DNA of 64,000 nucleotides from Felis catus (taxonomy: Eukaryota): positions 145,764,001 to 145,828,000 of the forward strand of contig NC_058368.1 of NCBI RefSeq assembly GCF_018350175.1, given 5' to 3'. The notes under the pieces were generated by a model. That model worked only from the letters and a program-made list of their open reading frames with translations. It did not search any database and was not told where the DNA came from. The translations under genes and the position numbers were made by a program. Of this stretch, positions 13,166 to 26,748 are shown in pieces; within the stretch, counting starts at the first letter, position 1; the number at the start of each line of letters is the position of its first letter.

Positions 13166-14182
13166 ATAACAGTTGATTACAATATAGAATCAGAGTCTAA
13201 GTAAGCTGAATATGAGTGGATTTATACAAATTCTGGAATAATTGAATAAAAGGGAGAGGTAATTTTAGGATAAATAATAGGGAGTTTTACTATTTGCTTA
13301 CCTATAAAAGTGGAAGGTGCTGAATTTATAAATAATTTCCTCAAAGGATAAATTCTGGAGTAAATACCACAAATGACATCAAAAACTTTGAGAGCAAAAT
13401 TAATTCTCTTAAAATCTTTTGTTTGACAGCCGTATCATGAGGTTAGATCCATAATAATTTCTTACCGCAAAGGTTGTTTCTCCTAACCGTTACACAAGTG
13501 TGAAGGATCATTCACACCTGAGGTGTCTTTTGTTAAATTAGATACAGACCAAAGAGCTCATATTAATTACTAAAACTTTGAAACTAAGCTTCTTTACATC
13601 TTTTTGGGAGGTTCAGCAAGAAGGAAAAGCATAATAGTAGTTTAATTCATTAGTTTGCTTCATCAACACTCAGCACTTTCTTGAGGGTGAGACACAGAGT
13701 GTCTAATGAAAGAACTAAAGGTGCTTAGTGATGAAGTTTTCTGGGCAGTTAACCAGTTGCATCCTTCCAGATTATGAATAAGGAGCTTGTGGTAAGTAAC
13801 ACTATAGCGACTCTATACTTCCCTGTGCCTTTATGGAAGAACTTAAAAAACTGAGTTTTGGAGGTGGACACAAAGTTTTCATTTGGTTTCATTTTACTGA
13901 AACCAACGTAATTCTAATGTGACCTTTCCAGTGCTGAAATGCTGCTCCCCTGCATGGCCTCAGAGTGGCACATTGTCCATCTGTGTTGTATTAGAAGGAA
14001 AGACCAACATTTTTTGGCTTCACATTCATGGTGGCTTAATTTTCAACAGAAAGGGAAGATTTAAACAAAAGATTTCTTGTAAGGAGAGCCTTTTTCTCCT
14101 TTATTGTTAAATATTGTAAAAATATAAGCTTTTCCTCAAGTTGGTATCATTGTACTACCACCCTTAATAAAAAGAAAACAGA

Positions 14183-14254
14183 ATAGAAAATCTAAATAGC
14201 CCTATGTCTATTAAAGAAATTGAATTTGTAATGAAAAACCTTCCCATAAAGAAA
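14183..14254 (+). mobile_element. Isolated internal L1 ORF2 fragment
   Basis: Translates IENLNSPMSIKEIEFVMKNLPIKK, like the L1 ORF2 segment preceding SPGPDGF. Confidence 0.75.
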
Positions 14255-14909
14255 AGGAAACAGGACGCGACTTGATGAATTAACATTTTGCTTTCAGAAA
14301 CTGGTTTGTGTATTTTGGCAGTTAAATCAAATTCTCCTCAACTCTGGAACAAAATGAACGTCCATTTAATGGCAGCTATGGCAGCTAAATGGAGGTGTGG
14401 ACACATAACTGATGAGAGACACTGACTGTGGCACCTTTGTAGAGGGTTCTCTTTCAGCCTTAGCTTTCAGATGGCTAGATGGTCACCTAAAGGTGTTTTC
14501 CTCTTTTTTGCGTTTTAAAAAAAATTACTGAATTGAATGGTCACTTTAGTGTGTGAAAATGCAGTTCACATATCCTCAAAAAAAAATGCGTAACACAAAG
14601 ACAAACAGTGAATGCAAAATTGACATCTTGAACTGTGTGTGACTAAACCTGTGAATTGACCGTCAATGCACATGACATTCATGAAGAGCTGAGTTCGCAT
14701 GCACTGTCTTAGGGAAAGCCATTTTTAACACTCTTCACCCCAATTTCAACCTTTGTCACTGTCCTGAAGACGTCCAGATTTATAGTTACAGTCATTTTTT
14801 GGTCTTTTTTATAGTTATAGTCATCTTTTAGTCTTTTTCTCAAGATTCATCTTCCTAGTGCATGTCTTTTATCTAGGTGTCACAACAGACTTTAAAATCA
14901 AGATGTCTA

Positions 14910-15850
14910 TATCAGATAAAGGGCTAGTACACAAAATCTATAAAGTAGTCACCAAACTCCACACCCAAAAAACAAATAATCCAGTGAAGAAATGGGCAGA
15001 AAACATGAATAGGCACTTCTCTAAAGAAGACATCCAGATGGCCAGCAGGCACATGAAAAGATGCTCAACATCGCTCCTCATCAGGGAAATACAAATCAAA
15101 ACCACACTGAGATACGATCTCACACCGGTCAGAGTGGCTAAAATGAACAAATCAGGAGACTATAGATGCGGGCGAGGATGTGGAGAAAGGCACTGTTGGT
15201 GGGAATGCAAACTGGGGCAGCTGCTCTGGAAAACAGTATGGAAGTTCCTCAAAAAATTAAAAATAGATCTATCCTATGACCCAGCAATAGCACTGCTAGG
15301 AATTTACCCAAGGGATACAAGAGTGCTGATGCATAGGGGCACTTATACCCCGGTGTTTATAGCAGCACTTTCAACAATAGCCAAATTATGGAAAGAGCCT
15401 AAATGTCCATCAACTGACGAATGGATAAAGAAGATGTGGTTTATATATATAACGGAATAGTACTTGGCAATGAGAAAGAATGAAATCTGGCCATTTGTAG
15501 CAGTGTGGATGGAACTAGAGGGTACTATGCTAAGTGAAATAAGTCAGGCAGAGAAAGACAGATGTTTTCACTCTAATGTGGATGCTGAGAAACTTAACAG
15601 AAGACCATGGGGGAGGGGAAATGGGGGAAGTTACAGAGAGGGAAGGAGGCAAACCATAAGAGACTCTTAAATACTGAGAACAAACTGAGGGTTGATGGGG
15701 GGTGGGGGAGAGGGGAAAGTGGGTGATGGGCATTGAGGAGGGCACCTGTTGGGATGAGCACTGGGTGTCGTATGGAAACCAACTTGACAATAAATTCTAT
15801 TTAATATAAAAAATAATAAAGTTTGAAACTTCATATTGTTAAAAAAAAAG
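14910..15850 (+). mobile_element. Feline/carnivore L1, 5'-truncated (about 940 bp): ORF2 C-terminus, 3' UTR and A tail
   Basis: ORF2-like translation (ISDKGLV...IQIKTTLRY...WIKKMWFIY), G-rich 3' UTR, TSD tcaagatgtcta at 14898-14909 and 15852-15863. Confidence 0.95.
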
Positions 15851-18039
15851 GTCAAGATGTCTAAAACTGAAATTTCAACTTCCACCTACAAGTTTACGTC
15901 TTATTGCTAATAGCATCTTAATTATTCCCATAGCTCAGTTTGGAAATCTAGGCATTCTCCCAGCCATCTCCTTTTTGTCCAACTTCCAGCCAGTTGTTAG
16001 GAGAGTATGATGTACTGCATCTGCAGATAATTGACCTGTTTGGGATAGATTCCTTAGACTTCCATAACCTGTAAGTTTTCAAATACTCTTCAACTACAAA
16101 TATTATTGTCCCATAAAATATAGACAAGTTTAACTTTATGCTCCTAAAGATGAGAAAATAAAAAGCTGCATCAGAGGGGAAAACATGGGCAGTCAGCTGG
16201 TCTCACTCACTGGCTAAACTACTCCTTCCAACAAAATGTGCATGTGTTAAGTTACCAACTTAGCAAGATGGTACATTACAGGGAACCCTTATAGATTTAA
16301 CTTTCTGGGCTTGGCTAAGTACTATGGCCCTGAAGGTCCATGAAATTTATTAATTTTGCTAGGCCAGCAAGACAAAAACATTTCATGAAATGACTCCAGC
16401 CAGTACTCCAGCCAGCATATGAACTGGTCAACAAGGGAAGGATTAAACTTCAGTGAAAGTGGAAAAGACAGTTAACTTGTGGTGCAAGGATATGCATAGG
16501 AAACATAAATGGAAATGGGATGTGGAAAAATCCAGGAGTGCATACAGATATTTCTTTGAAGGGCTAATGGAGTCACTCCAGTTTTTTCATTTGTATCATA
16601 GTGCTTTTAGGGGAGAAATTCTATGCAAGAGGTGCATTGGTAAATATGGGATTCTTGAATATCCAGGGATATATTCCTTGTGAATGGTAAGGGTCTATAG
16701 AACCCTGTCATGAATTTTTAAGGTTGCTTACAAATATTAAGATCTATGATATTTCAAAATATGCTTGTATATATCCATGCATACATTATATATGTATATA
16801 CTTAACATATATATGTATATATACAAACACACATGGATATACATATATACATGTAAATAAATGCATGTGAATTTCCTTGATTTTTTTTTGTACTCTTGTG
16901 TGTTGTTGATGAAAAATCTCCGTCCTGCAATTTCTGTTATGCACCAATCCTGACATGAAACAACTAAATTAATCCCTGGCCCCTGTCTAAGGCTCCCAAC
17001 AATTGTAGTTGTTTATTTTTCCTGTTAGAAATTGAATTTAGCCCACCAGTATATTTCATAAAGATCTGCAGATTGTAATTGCTTTCTGGGTGAGTTGGGT
17101 TGGGTTTGAACCAATGACTTATGTGGTAAAAAGCTCTTTTTTCAGTCTCTTGATCTATCCATTTGCCTGGTTACAATCTCAAAGTTGAAAAAATGTCTTA
17201 AAAATAATTCTGTGGGTTGTCTTGATCATCACATTGGTATGTCCAAATACAAAATTAATTTATAAAACAATTCTGCTTGAAAGTGTCTTTTTACCCTTCA
17301 TGTTTTAGAACATTTTTTAAAAGCAAGTTTTAGGGTAGGAGTCAAGAAATTGGCAAGTATAACTTTCCAAATGTTATGTAAAGTGCCTTTTATTTGGTAG
17401 GAGGGATAGATTCTTTTGGTCTAGATATTTTATCCAAGTGCTGTTCTCCATAAACAATCACAAGTTTATTTTGCAGGGAACTAAGGTTCCCAAATGCAGC
17501 ATGGAGTAGCTCTAAACAATAAAATTTACTGAGAATTTCAGGCCACTGTGAAATCTCAATGTCCTTTAAAAATTGAAATAAGGGAAAAATAGTATGATGG
17601 TGGTCTTTAAGCGTTTACCCTTTGGTCTGAGCATTTCCCATAGGAATAAAGAAAAAACAAACACAGGAAGACTTATTTTCTATGGCTTGTCAATATGGAT
17701 ATCTGAAGCTTGATTGATTTTTGTGGGGATCAATGAGGTCATGCGTAAAAAGCTGATGGATTCCTAGACCTTGTTGCTTTAAGCATTATGTAAACTAGAC
17801 CATATTCTTCCCCAGGAGCTGTAGTCTGGTTACAATTCAAGGTCTCTGTAATTAATTCATGACCCAACAGTCTTTCTGGTGGAAAATTGAGCTCTTCCTT
17901 TTTTTAGTGAGAAAGCATTCAGGAATTATTAACTTGGGTAGATACACTGAACAATAACTCTCCCCAATCTGGTCTGTCCTTCATGTGCTGCTACCAATGC
18001 TTGCTCACAGCTTCAATTGTGGCAGGGTTTCCTTTATGA

Positions 18040-18913
18040 CAGCGTTCCATCCAATTAGATTCATCCTTGAGTCTATTTTCTCTACTTCTCCCACTCTCAA
18101 GGACTCATCTCCCTCCAGTGGCCCTGCTATCTGATCCATCTGAAGTTCTATAGACTCTATCTCCAGTATGTATCCTGACTGGTTAATTGTCTCTGTTTCC
18201 ATTATCATCAGCCTTGTTCAGGCCATGATTTTCCCTCCCCTGAATCATTGCTAAGCTTCCTCACTGGAATTTCTGCTTCCATTCTTATCCTTTGCAATCT
18301 TTTCTTCATTTGGCGGTAGTCAACTTTTTAAAGAGTGTACATCAAATTATGGCTCTCTTTTTTTTTCCCATCCCACTAAGCTTAAAATTCAAATTTCTTA
18401 ATCCTGCATGATTTACATCTTATATCAACCTGTGCCCCTTTCCTCCTAGACCACTGTGCTGTAGGAACTCTGGTTTTTTGTTTTTGTTTTTGACTCCTCA
18501 AAAGCACTAAACTTAAGTCTAGACCTGTGTACTCGGCTTTCTCTGTGCCAAGGAATATCCCTTTACTTCCACCCCACTCCCCACCAGATATTGCATAGCT
18601 AGCCCCTTCTTGCCATTCAGATCTGTGTCAAATGATACATCCTCAAATGTCTTTCTCTCTGACTATCCAATCTAAAGTAACCATCAGGTCACTCTCAGAC
18701 AAATCATTCTATCCTAATCTTTTGAGTAGCAGTTAATACCATTTTATTCTCTCTCTCTAATCTATCAGGAATCTACTTTTTGTCTTTCTTCCTCCACTGG
18801 AATGGATTGTAAGCTCCATGACATCATGAATCTGTCTTTCAGTTTTAGTGCCTAGTACTATGAGCTTGGCACACAGTATGTGCTCAAGAAGTGTTTGTTG
18901 AATAAATGAATAA
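18040..18913 (+). mobile_element. L2 (LINE-2) 3' fragment
   Basis: L2-type tgtaagctccatga...tggcacacagtatgtgctcaa...ttgttgaataaatgaataa end. Confidence 0.75.
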
Positions 18914-19272
18914 ACTTATAGCATCTAGGCTAGTTATTAGTCATCAAGGCTAGAAAAGATGAGTTTCCTCATTTTTCTGCCCGAACCACACAACACTGTT
19001 ATTGCTTAAAACAAAACAAGACAAAATAAAACTCCATTATCATCCTTTATTTTCTCTTCTCACTCTGTACTCTGATCCACCCCCTTGCCCCTTCCAGTCT
19101 AGGGCATGTCACCAGCCTCCTGCTTGGACTATATGACATTAAACTCTTAATCCTTCAATCAACCTTGCTTTCGTTATATGTATTCCCTATGTAAAAAACT
19201 TTTAACATTCCCCAAGTCTTTAAGAAAAGGGAATTTATTAAAATACTATTTAAAATGTTAAAACAACATTTT

Positions 19273-19505
19273 TTTTTTTTTTTTAAATTTTTTTTTTTTT
19301 TTCAACGTTTATTTATTTTTGGGACAGAGAGAGACAGAGCATGAACGGGGGAGGGGCAGAGAGAGAGGGAGACACAGAATCGGAAACAGGCTCCAGGCTC
19401 TGAGCCATCAGCCCAGAGCCTGACGCGGGGCTCGAACTCACAGACCGCGAGATCGTGACCTGGCTGAAGTCGGACGCTTAACCGACTGCGCCACCCAGGC
19501 GCCCC
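19273..19505 (-). mobile_element. Young feline CanSINE
   Basis: Nearly identical to the copies at 98, 26061 and 32525; perfect TSD taaaacaacatttt at 19259-19272 and 19506-19519. Confidence 0.96.
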
Positions 19506-19911
19506 TAAAACAACATTTTAAAAGAACTAAGAAAAGAAATCACACTTAACCAGGATCCTAATAGGGATTGTTTTTCCTTTCTCAACATTCATGTTCCAAT
19601 CTAGTCACACATGGAATATTCTTACATGGCCATAATAAGTGTGTACACTTCTCTGTGTTATGCATTTTTATTTCATATTTCATAAACAGTTTCATGTTAT
19701 TCCATAGTTTTCCTATTTTGTTTCTAATGGTCACATAATGTTCTATTGATTATGTGTTGTAATTAACTGTCCAATAACAGAAGAGTGGCTGGACTAGTTC
19801 CAGTTTTTTGTTAATGTAACAGCCACTAATATTATTGCAAAAATGACTTTTTTCAGTTATTTCTTTTGGAGAAATTTCAAATAATAGAATTAATGGGCCA
19901 AAGGTTATGAT

Positions 19912-19913
<2 letters not shown>

Positions 19914-19954
<41 letters not shown>

Positions 19955-19963
19955 CGTGTGTGT
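19914..19963. repeat. (TG)n(CG)5(TG)n compound microsatellite
   Basis: Read directly from the sequence. Confidence 0.95.
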
Positions 19964-20469
19964 CTATGTGTGTTACTAAGTCCTAAATCCTCCTCTAAAA
20001 AGCTTATACAAATTTTCAATGCCATAAGCCATGTGTAAATATTATTTTTTCTGAAATTTGCATGGATTAGGTTTCTTCTTTTGTAAATTTTTCATCATTA
20101 ATTTAACTGTTTTCTTATTGTTTTCATTTGAAGTTTTATTTCTTATTGCAAGTTATAAGGTTTAATGTGTTTCCATATATTTGCTTCTTATTTGTATTTT
20201 CCCTTGTGTGAATTCAGTGTTCACACCTTTTGGGTATTTATTAATAAAGGTCTTGGTGTTTATATTAACCCCTTCTTGAACTCAGTTTTTGCCATATTTG
20301 TCTGCTTCTGTCTTTCCCCCATTGTGCCCCCACCTCACCTCTCAGCCCCATTGACAAAGACCCCTTACAACCACTCATCAGCTCAGCTTTGTTGACTCAC
20401 TTTTATCAGGTGATGTGATGGACAGGTTGATGTTTATTCATACTGCTGTGACTTTTGCAATCTTGTTTC

Positions 20470-20704
20470 TTTTTTAAAAAATTTTTAATGTTTGTTTGTT
20501 TAGAGAGAGTGAGAGTGAGAGAGAGAGAGAAACAGAGCATGAATGGAGGAAGGGAAGAGAGAGATGGAGACACAGAATCTAAAGCAGGCTCCAGTCTCTG
20601 AGCTGTCAGCACAGAGCCTGACAAAGGGATGGAACTCACAAGACGTGAGATCATGACCTGTGCCGAAGTCGAATGCTTAACTGACTAAGCCACCCAGGCA
20701 CCCC
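20470..20704 (-). mobile_element. CanSINE
   Basis: Degenerate TSD tgcaatcttgtttc / tgcagtcttatttc. Confidence 0.92.
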
Positions 20705-20723
20705 TGCAGTCTTATTTCAGTTA

Positions 20724-20944
20724 ATTTTTTTAAAGTTTATTTATTTTTTACAAAGAGAGAGAAAAAGAGAGCACGAATGGGGGGTAGGAGCAGACAGAGA
20801 AAGAGGGAGAGAGACAAGCCCAAGCAGGTTCCACACTGTCATCACAGAGTCCAAAGAGGGGCTCAGTGCCACCAACTGTGAGATCATGACCTGAGCCCAA
20901 ATCAAGAGTCAGACACTTAACTGACTAAGCCATCCAGGCACTCC
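20724..20944 (-). mobile_element. CanSINE (older), tandem with the previous copy
   Basis: gagatcatgacctgagcccaaatcaagagtcag...catccaggcactcc. Confidence 0.9.
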
Positions 20945-21882
20945 TTGTTTCACTTGATTTAAGTGAAGTAAATTCCTTCCTTTCTTTTCCAAGTCCTTTT
21001 ATATCCATAAAGTCCTAGATAATGATGACTTACCCTGACTTCACTTTCCTGACTTCTCTCTTCTCTTGCAATCACCTGGAGCAAGATAGCACTTCCAGTG
21101 ATAAAAATGTTAGATTTGGGACTTAGAGAGGATCTCTAAAAAAGAGATGAGTATTCTTAATTGATAACATTCCCACTTTCCACTTTAACACTCTAATGTT
21201 GGCTCACCCATAACTTCTCTCCCAGAGCCTTGGGTTAACTAAAATGGGTAAGAGTGTGTGGAGGGGGTGACAGGTCATATGTGATCTATGCAGTAGTGTG
21301 TTAAGGTTTTGTTGTTTTAAATTGTTATCTTTATGGCAAGTGTTATACACCCACTATGAGAGAACAAATAGGTTTGTCATCTGTGTTTCACAATTTATAT
21401 AGCACATTTAATGTAGTAACTATATTTCGAATAGATAAAAGAAAATTTTCTTCTCTGGAAAATGAATATATTTCACTAGGATCTTATGGGAGCCAATGTT
21501 GACATGTTGGTCTCATGTGTTACTTGTATCTCACACATTGGATTACAGGCACTTTGATGATATTAAAACAGTGATGATGTTTCTCACATCCTCCTTCCTA
21601 TTGTCCACAGGGTTGAGCACATATAAGGTGCTTGGTAAATACATCCTGATCACTTGCTAATTCCTTTGAAGCTGGTGGGAGATCTTTAAGAAACTGTTCT
21701 GAAAGGAGTGACCTAAGATGGCATGTTGCTCCCCCGATGTATGTAGTAACCTGAAAAAGCATGGTCCTTGTTTTCCCAAGAGTAGAACAAGAAAGGAAGG
21801 AGAGTTAGAATGGAATTGAGGAGAAAGTCAAGTGAATGAAAATGAAACATTTTAAACATAGCCTTTGACTTTTGAATTTCAA

Positions 21883-22093
21883 TTTTTTTTAATGTTTATT
21901 TTTGAGAGAGACAGAGACAGAATGCAGGTGGGCTAGGGGCAGAGAGAGAGGGAGGGAGACACAGGATCCGAACCAGGCTCCAGGCCCTAAGCTGTCAGCA
22001 CAGAGCCCAACATGGGCCTCGAACTCATGAGCTGTGAGATCATGACCTGAGCCGAAGTCGGACACTCAACCGACTGAGCCACCCAGGTGCCCC
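21883..22093 (-). mobile_element. CanSINE
   Basis: Perfect 17-bp TSD tgacttttgaatttcaa at 21866-21882 and 22094-22110. Confidence 0.95.
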
Positions 22094-24404
22094 TGACTTT
22101 TGAATTTCAAAAACCAATCTATAAAAAATGAGTAGGTGCATCTTAAAAAATAAAAATTGCCTGAAAGTGACCGACATCAACTTTATTCATGTAAAAGCCT
22201 CGTTTCTCCCAGTACATCCTATCATTTATAGCATAGCATGCCATTTATAGTTCTCTTACAAAGAGCACAGAGGAAAAAACATACAAAGATCTTTCCTGGA
22301 GCATTTTAGCAAAGGGAAAAAGTCAAATTATGAGACGCAAGTGGAAGATTTTTAGGTTAGTAAAACCTGAGGTCCTCTGGTCTAGCCCTGTCATTTAACA
22401 GTTGAGGAGTCTCACACCCAGAGAAGTGCCTTGACATAGATCATAGAATTAGTGAGAAGAGCAGAAATAACATGGAATAAAAGGGTACTGACTTCCATGT
22501 AAGTGTTTTTATTTTTAACACTACATTTTACTGTTTTTAATTTTTTAAACAAATTCTTATTTTACAAGAAGGAATGTATAGTTAATGGAAAACAATTTGA
22601 AATCCATTAATATCTCTTTGTTAATAATGTTCCAGCTATGAGTGCCAGGAAGACCTCAAGGCCATTTATCAGACCAAATTATTACTGTGTGTTGAGGGTC
22701 CCTAGGGTCACTTGACCTTCATCATTGTACCTCATGGGGTAGATAAAGCTGATACTAATGGTTTGTAAATACAGCGGCCATGCACGATTGCTTAATAATT
22801 TATTACCTTAATTATAAAGTGAATCTTCGATAAACTTTAATTGTAAATAGTGAATTGCTAGCTTTTTACAAGCTGGAGAGCACTCAGGTACAACTGGGTG
22901 AACCTTTAGAGAATAGTCATTTTATTCAATAGGGGTGTAGAAGTTGAAGCGAATGATTGTCATTTAGCCTGAGTTACTGGGTTTTCTTTTTCAGAACTTG
23001 ATGACAGGCCTTTTCATCTTTCTATGGAATTGGCTTCCTCTTAGCTTTCAAAATACATTTCAGAATATAGATTAATCAGGTAAATTCTGGATGAATCCAG
23101 TAGAAGAAACCAAAAAATATGACAGTGTTTGGCTCTTTGAGAGACTTTTCAGTCAGATGTAGTCGCTGTATATATATCATTTTCTCTATTTAGTTTCCAA
23201 TGCCAATGCTGGGGATTTTCATTTTTTTCAATTAAAATTAAATTCATGAAGAACAAAAGAACTTCTTTTTAATAGATTTATTAATGGCTTTCAGCCTCTC
23301 TTTCTGGGTATCAGTTAGTGATTGAGGTGGTCTGACATTACTAGGAAGGGAGTAGTAGACTGGGCACACTTTCTCATTCTGCTTACTGCCTAACCTTGTA
23401 CTAGTTTCTCATCAATTAAATAGGGCAACAATACTGACATTCCAGGGTTCTCTGACTCATTGAAAGACCCAGCTCATTCCAGGAAGGCATGTAGGCAGGG
23501 TCTAGACCCCAAACATCTGGATGCTGTGATTCTGAGTCCTGGAGTATAGTAACCTGTGAATAGCTGGCATCCACATTTCCTGGGCCTTCCTGGGAAGGAG
23601 GATATTCTGATTCCATTGGTTCTTTGGAGAATGGCTTTCTCTGATATCTCAATTTCTTAGTCCTTAAGATGCCAAATAGTAGAAGTTGTCGTTGTCTTTT
23701 TACCCTTATATCCCAAAAAAGTAAATACATTTTCTTTTTTAGTTTAATCGTTGAGTTACATGATAGAGGTAGAAATATAAGTTGAACATGTTTTCCTATT
23801 CCCCAGGGTTATGATTAGGATTTTACATTATCCTCAAAAGTAAATTTTAAAGCTAAATTTAAGGGAAGAACAAGTTATTTTTTAACTGTGCATTTGTATT
23901 TTTCTCTCATTGTTTTTCCCATAGCTAATGTCTCTTGTTGTTTTGGCTTCTTCCTTTCTCCAGGTGTAGTTTAGCAGACAGACAAACTTGGTGTCATAGC
24001 CCCCTGGTTTATACATTTCGTATTGTTAGAACTTAAATAATTATTACTGATAGTTGGAGACAGAAGAGTGTTTTCAGGCATATTGTTAGCACTTAATTAG
24101 AACAGGTTTTGTTTTTAGTCTAAGAAAGGCACTGGAAAGGTATTCTATAATTTTGATTTGAAGTTATGTATGTAGAAACTGCAACATTGCTCTAAAGCAG
24201 ATGTTATTGGAAGAAAACAGCTTTGCACAGCTTTTGAGTACATTCTGTCATTTCAGTTTCACTTCTACGATGGCATTAAAAAGAATTCCATTTAAGCTAT
24301 TTGTGCCTCCCTTTCGAAGCTGGCATCTGTTTCCTAACAGTAGCAGTCCAAATAAAGTCAGATATGCCTTGGGCAAGAGAGATATGGCGAGGTGATGGGG
24401 TAAA

Positions 24405-24775
24405 TGTTAGAGTCCCAGGCCCAGAATGGATGGGTATGGCTTAAACAAGAGACATTGATTTTCTCGAAGTTCTGCAGACTGGAAGTCCAAGATCATGGTC
24501 CTGGCATAGTGGTTTCTGGGGAGGCCTTTATTCCTGGCTTGCAGACAGATCCCTACTTGCTGTGTCCTCAGGTGGCCTTTTCTCTGTATATACACATTCC
24601 TGGTATGTCTCTCTCTTCATATATGGACATTAATCATATTGGATTGGAGCCCCACCTTTATGACCTCATTTAACTTTAATTACCTCCTTATAGGGTCTGT
24701 CTCCAAATAGAGTCATTCTGTGGATTAGGGTTTCCATCATATGGATTTGGGGGTGGGGCATAGTTCAGTCCCTAA
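24405..24775 (-). mobile_element. MaLR solo LTR (MLT1A/B-like)
   Basis: ggcttaaacaa...ggaagtccaagatc...atgacctcatttaact...ttcagtcc motifs typical of MLT1. Confidence 0.75.
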
Positions 24776-25634
24776 TGGAGATCTACACAGGCAACATTTC
24801 TTCACAGTTGTCATGGCTTTGTCAATCAATTGTAACCTGATTCAGGAGTAACAACTAGACTTTCTTATTGTGTTGAAAAACCAAGCCTTGGAGTATAATC
24901 TTACTTATCTGGGGGACTGAGGTCAGTCAGCCCCTGGAAGGTCCAGGGAAATCTTCAGGGCTGAAGAAATCCTGTTTGAATTAGAAATCCTTACTCATTT
25001 CCTGATACCTATAAGTCAGAAGGAAGACAGGGAATCTTACCAAGTAGCCATCTTGGTGGAGGTGAACATTCCACAGTGTGATAAACCATTCCTCCAGTTC
25101 ATCATGGCGTCTCTCCTATTTGTCCTCAGCCAGGACATATGTTAATATCAAATGAAGTCTTTCATTGACATCAAATTTTGTGGGTGACTGATCACCTCAT
25201 TGAGGATGAATTTAGGATTCAGTAGTTCATTTTAAAATAGGTGGTGGGAAATTAATGTCGTCTTTACAATTTGTGGCAGCTAATTTATTTGAATCATTAT
25301 AGCCCACTGAGCATATACGTCAAGGTCTCCTACAGTCAAGATGTTAGATGCTGCTAATCAGTCTTTTGACATTTGAGAGATGAAGGCAGTCAATTTATAT
25401 TTGATGATGATTACTTCAGGTTTAAGGCAGGGCTTTTGTGTTTTCATTTAGATTTTTAAAATATTCCTGAAATTAGGCTGTAAAATTGCCTCCTTTTGAA
25501 ATAATAAAGCCCTGTGTATATGATATATACAGCATATTCCTTCAATGGCCTTTTGAAGCAAACCTAATTCTGGAGGTTCAACTTTTTTTTTTTTTTAGGA
25601 AAAACACTATTTGAAATAAAATTTTGGTTAAGAA

Positions 25635-26520
25635 TTCATTCTTTGATTTAACAAATATTTATTGAATGCTTGCTCTTTGTCAGGCACTGTGCTTTTGAGA
25701 ATTAGATAAATTGCTTACACTTGGAGCTTATATTCTCATGTAGGAATAAACATTGAACAAACAAATAGACAAAAGAAAGGTCCAATAACAGTGCTATGCA
25801 GATAATCAAAATAGGGTAATGTGAAAGGTGGCAAAGGGATGTCTATTCAATGAGGAAATGCTTAAGGTGCCAGCCAGGCACCCACCAGAGCAAAGGCATG
25901 GCAAACAAAGAGGCCAGCAGGTCAAAAGTTTCCACAGCTGAACAACAAGCTTAGTGTGCTGTAAGAACTGAAAGAAGGCCTTTATTGCTGGAGCACAGAG
26001 GGTGGAAGAGAGAGTGGTCTAAAATGAGAAGTTAAGCGGTATAGCTGGAATAAGATTTTTTTTTTAAATTTTTTTTTCAATGTTTATTTATTTTTGGGAC
26101 AGAGGGAGACAGAGCATGAACGGGGGAGGGGCAGAGAGAGAGGGAGACACAGAATCGGAAACAGGCTCCAGGCTCTGAGCCATCAGCCCAGAGCCTGACG
26201 CGGGGCTCGAACTCACGGACCGCGAGATCGTGACCTGGCTGAAGTCGGATGCTTAACTGACTGCGCCACCCAGGCGCCCCTGGAATAAGATTTTTTTTAG
26301 GACTTTGGAGAAGTGAAGAGTTCAGCTCTGATGTAAGTGCTGTGGGAAATCTTCTCGAAGATTTTGAAATACCATTTTGGTTGCTCTATGGAGAATGGTT
26401 TGCAGGGAGCACAAGCAGAAGCTAGAGGACATGTAGAAGGTTATTGTAATAGTCTAGTGGGGAGATGAGAATGAATTAGACTAGGGTAGTGCCACTGAAG
26501 TCTGAAAGGTCATGGATTTG
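25635..26520 (-). mobile_element. L2 fragment interrupted by a SINE
   Basis: ttcattc...aacaaatatttattgaatgc...caggcactgtgc start, purine-rich L2 antisense body. Confidence 0.7.
26061..26280 (-). mobile_element. Young feline CanSINE
   Basis: TSD tggaataagattttt at 26046-26060 and 26281-26295. Confidence 0.96.
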
Positions 26521-26748
26521 GGTTACACTGGATTATGTTTGGGTGGCCAGTAGTATCTTTAAGCTGCAGAAGTCAAAGTGGGTAGGTTGAGGGAAAGAGG
26601 AGGAAGGAAGTGGAAATATGGGTTTATGTTTTTTGTTTGTTTTTACAGAAGATATTCTCCATATCCTGCCTTAAAGTTGAACATTTTTAAACATCGTGAA
26701 CTTTCATTTTTAGAATTGTTCCTTATCAATTATTTTAAAAATAATTTA

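Noticed and set aside
14858..15670. 200-aa and 68-aa ORFs as genes
   Set aside because: Degraded L1 ORF2 C-terminus with a stop and a deletion in the Cys-rich motif
21571..21650. C/D box snoRNA-like motif pair (gtgatga...ctga)
   Set aside because: No proper terminal stem or recognisable guide; the region resembles an L2 3' remnant
22995..23079. Possible coding exon (tttttcag...cag|gtaaat)
   Set aside because: Stops in all three frames and a weak donor
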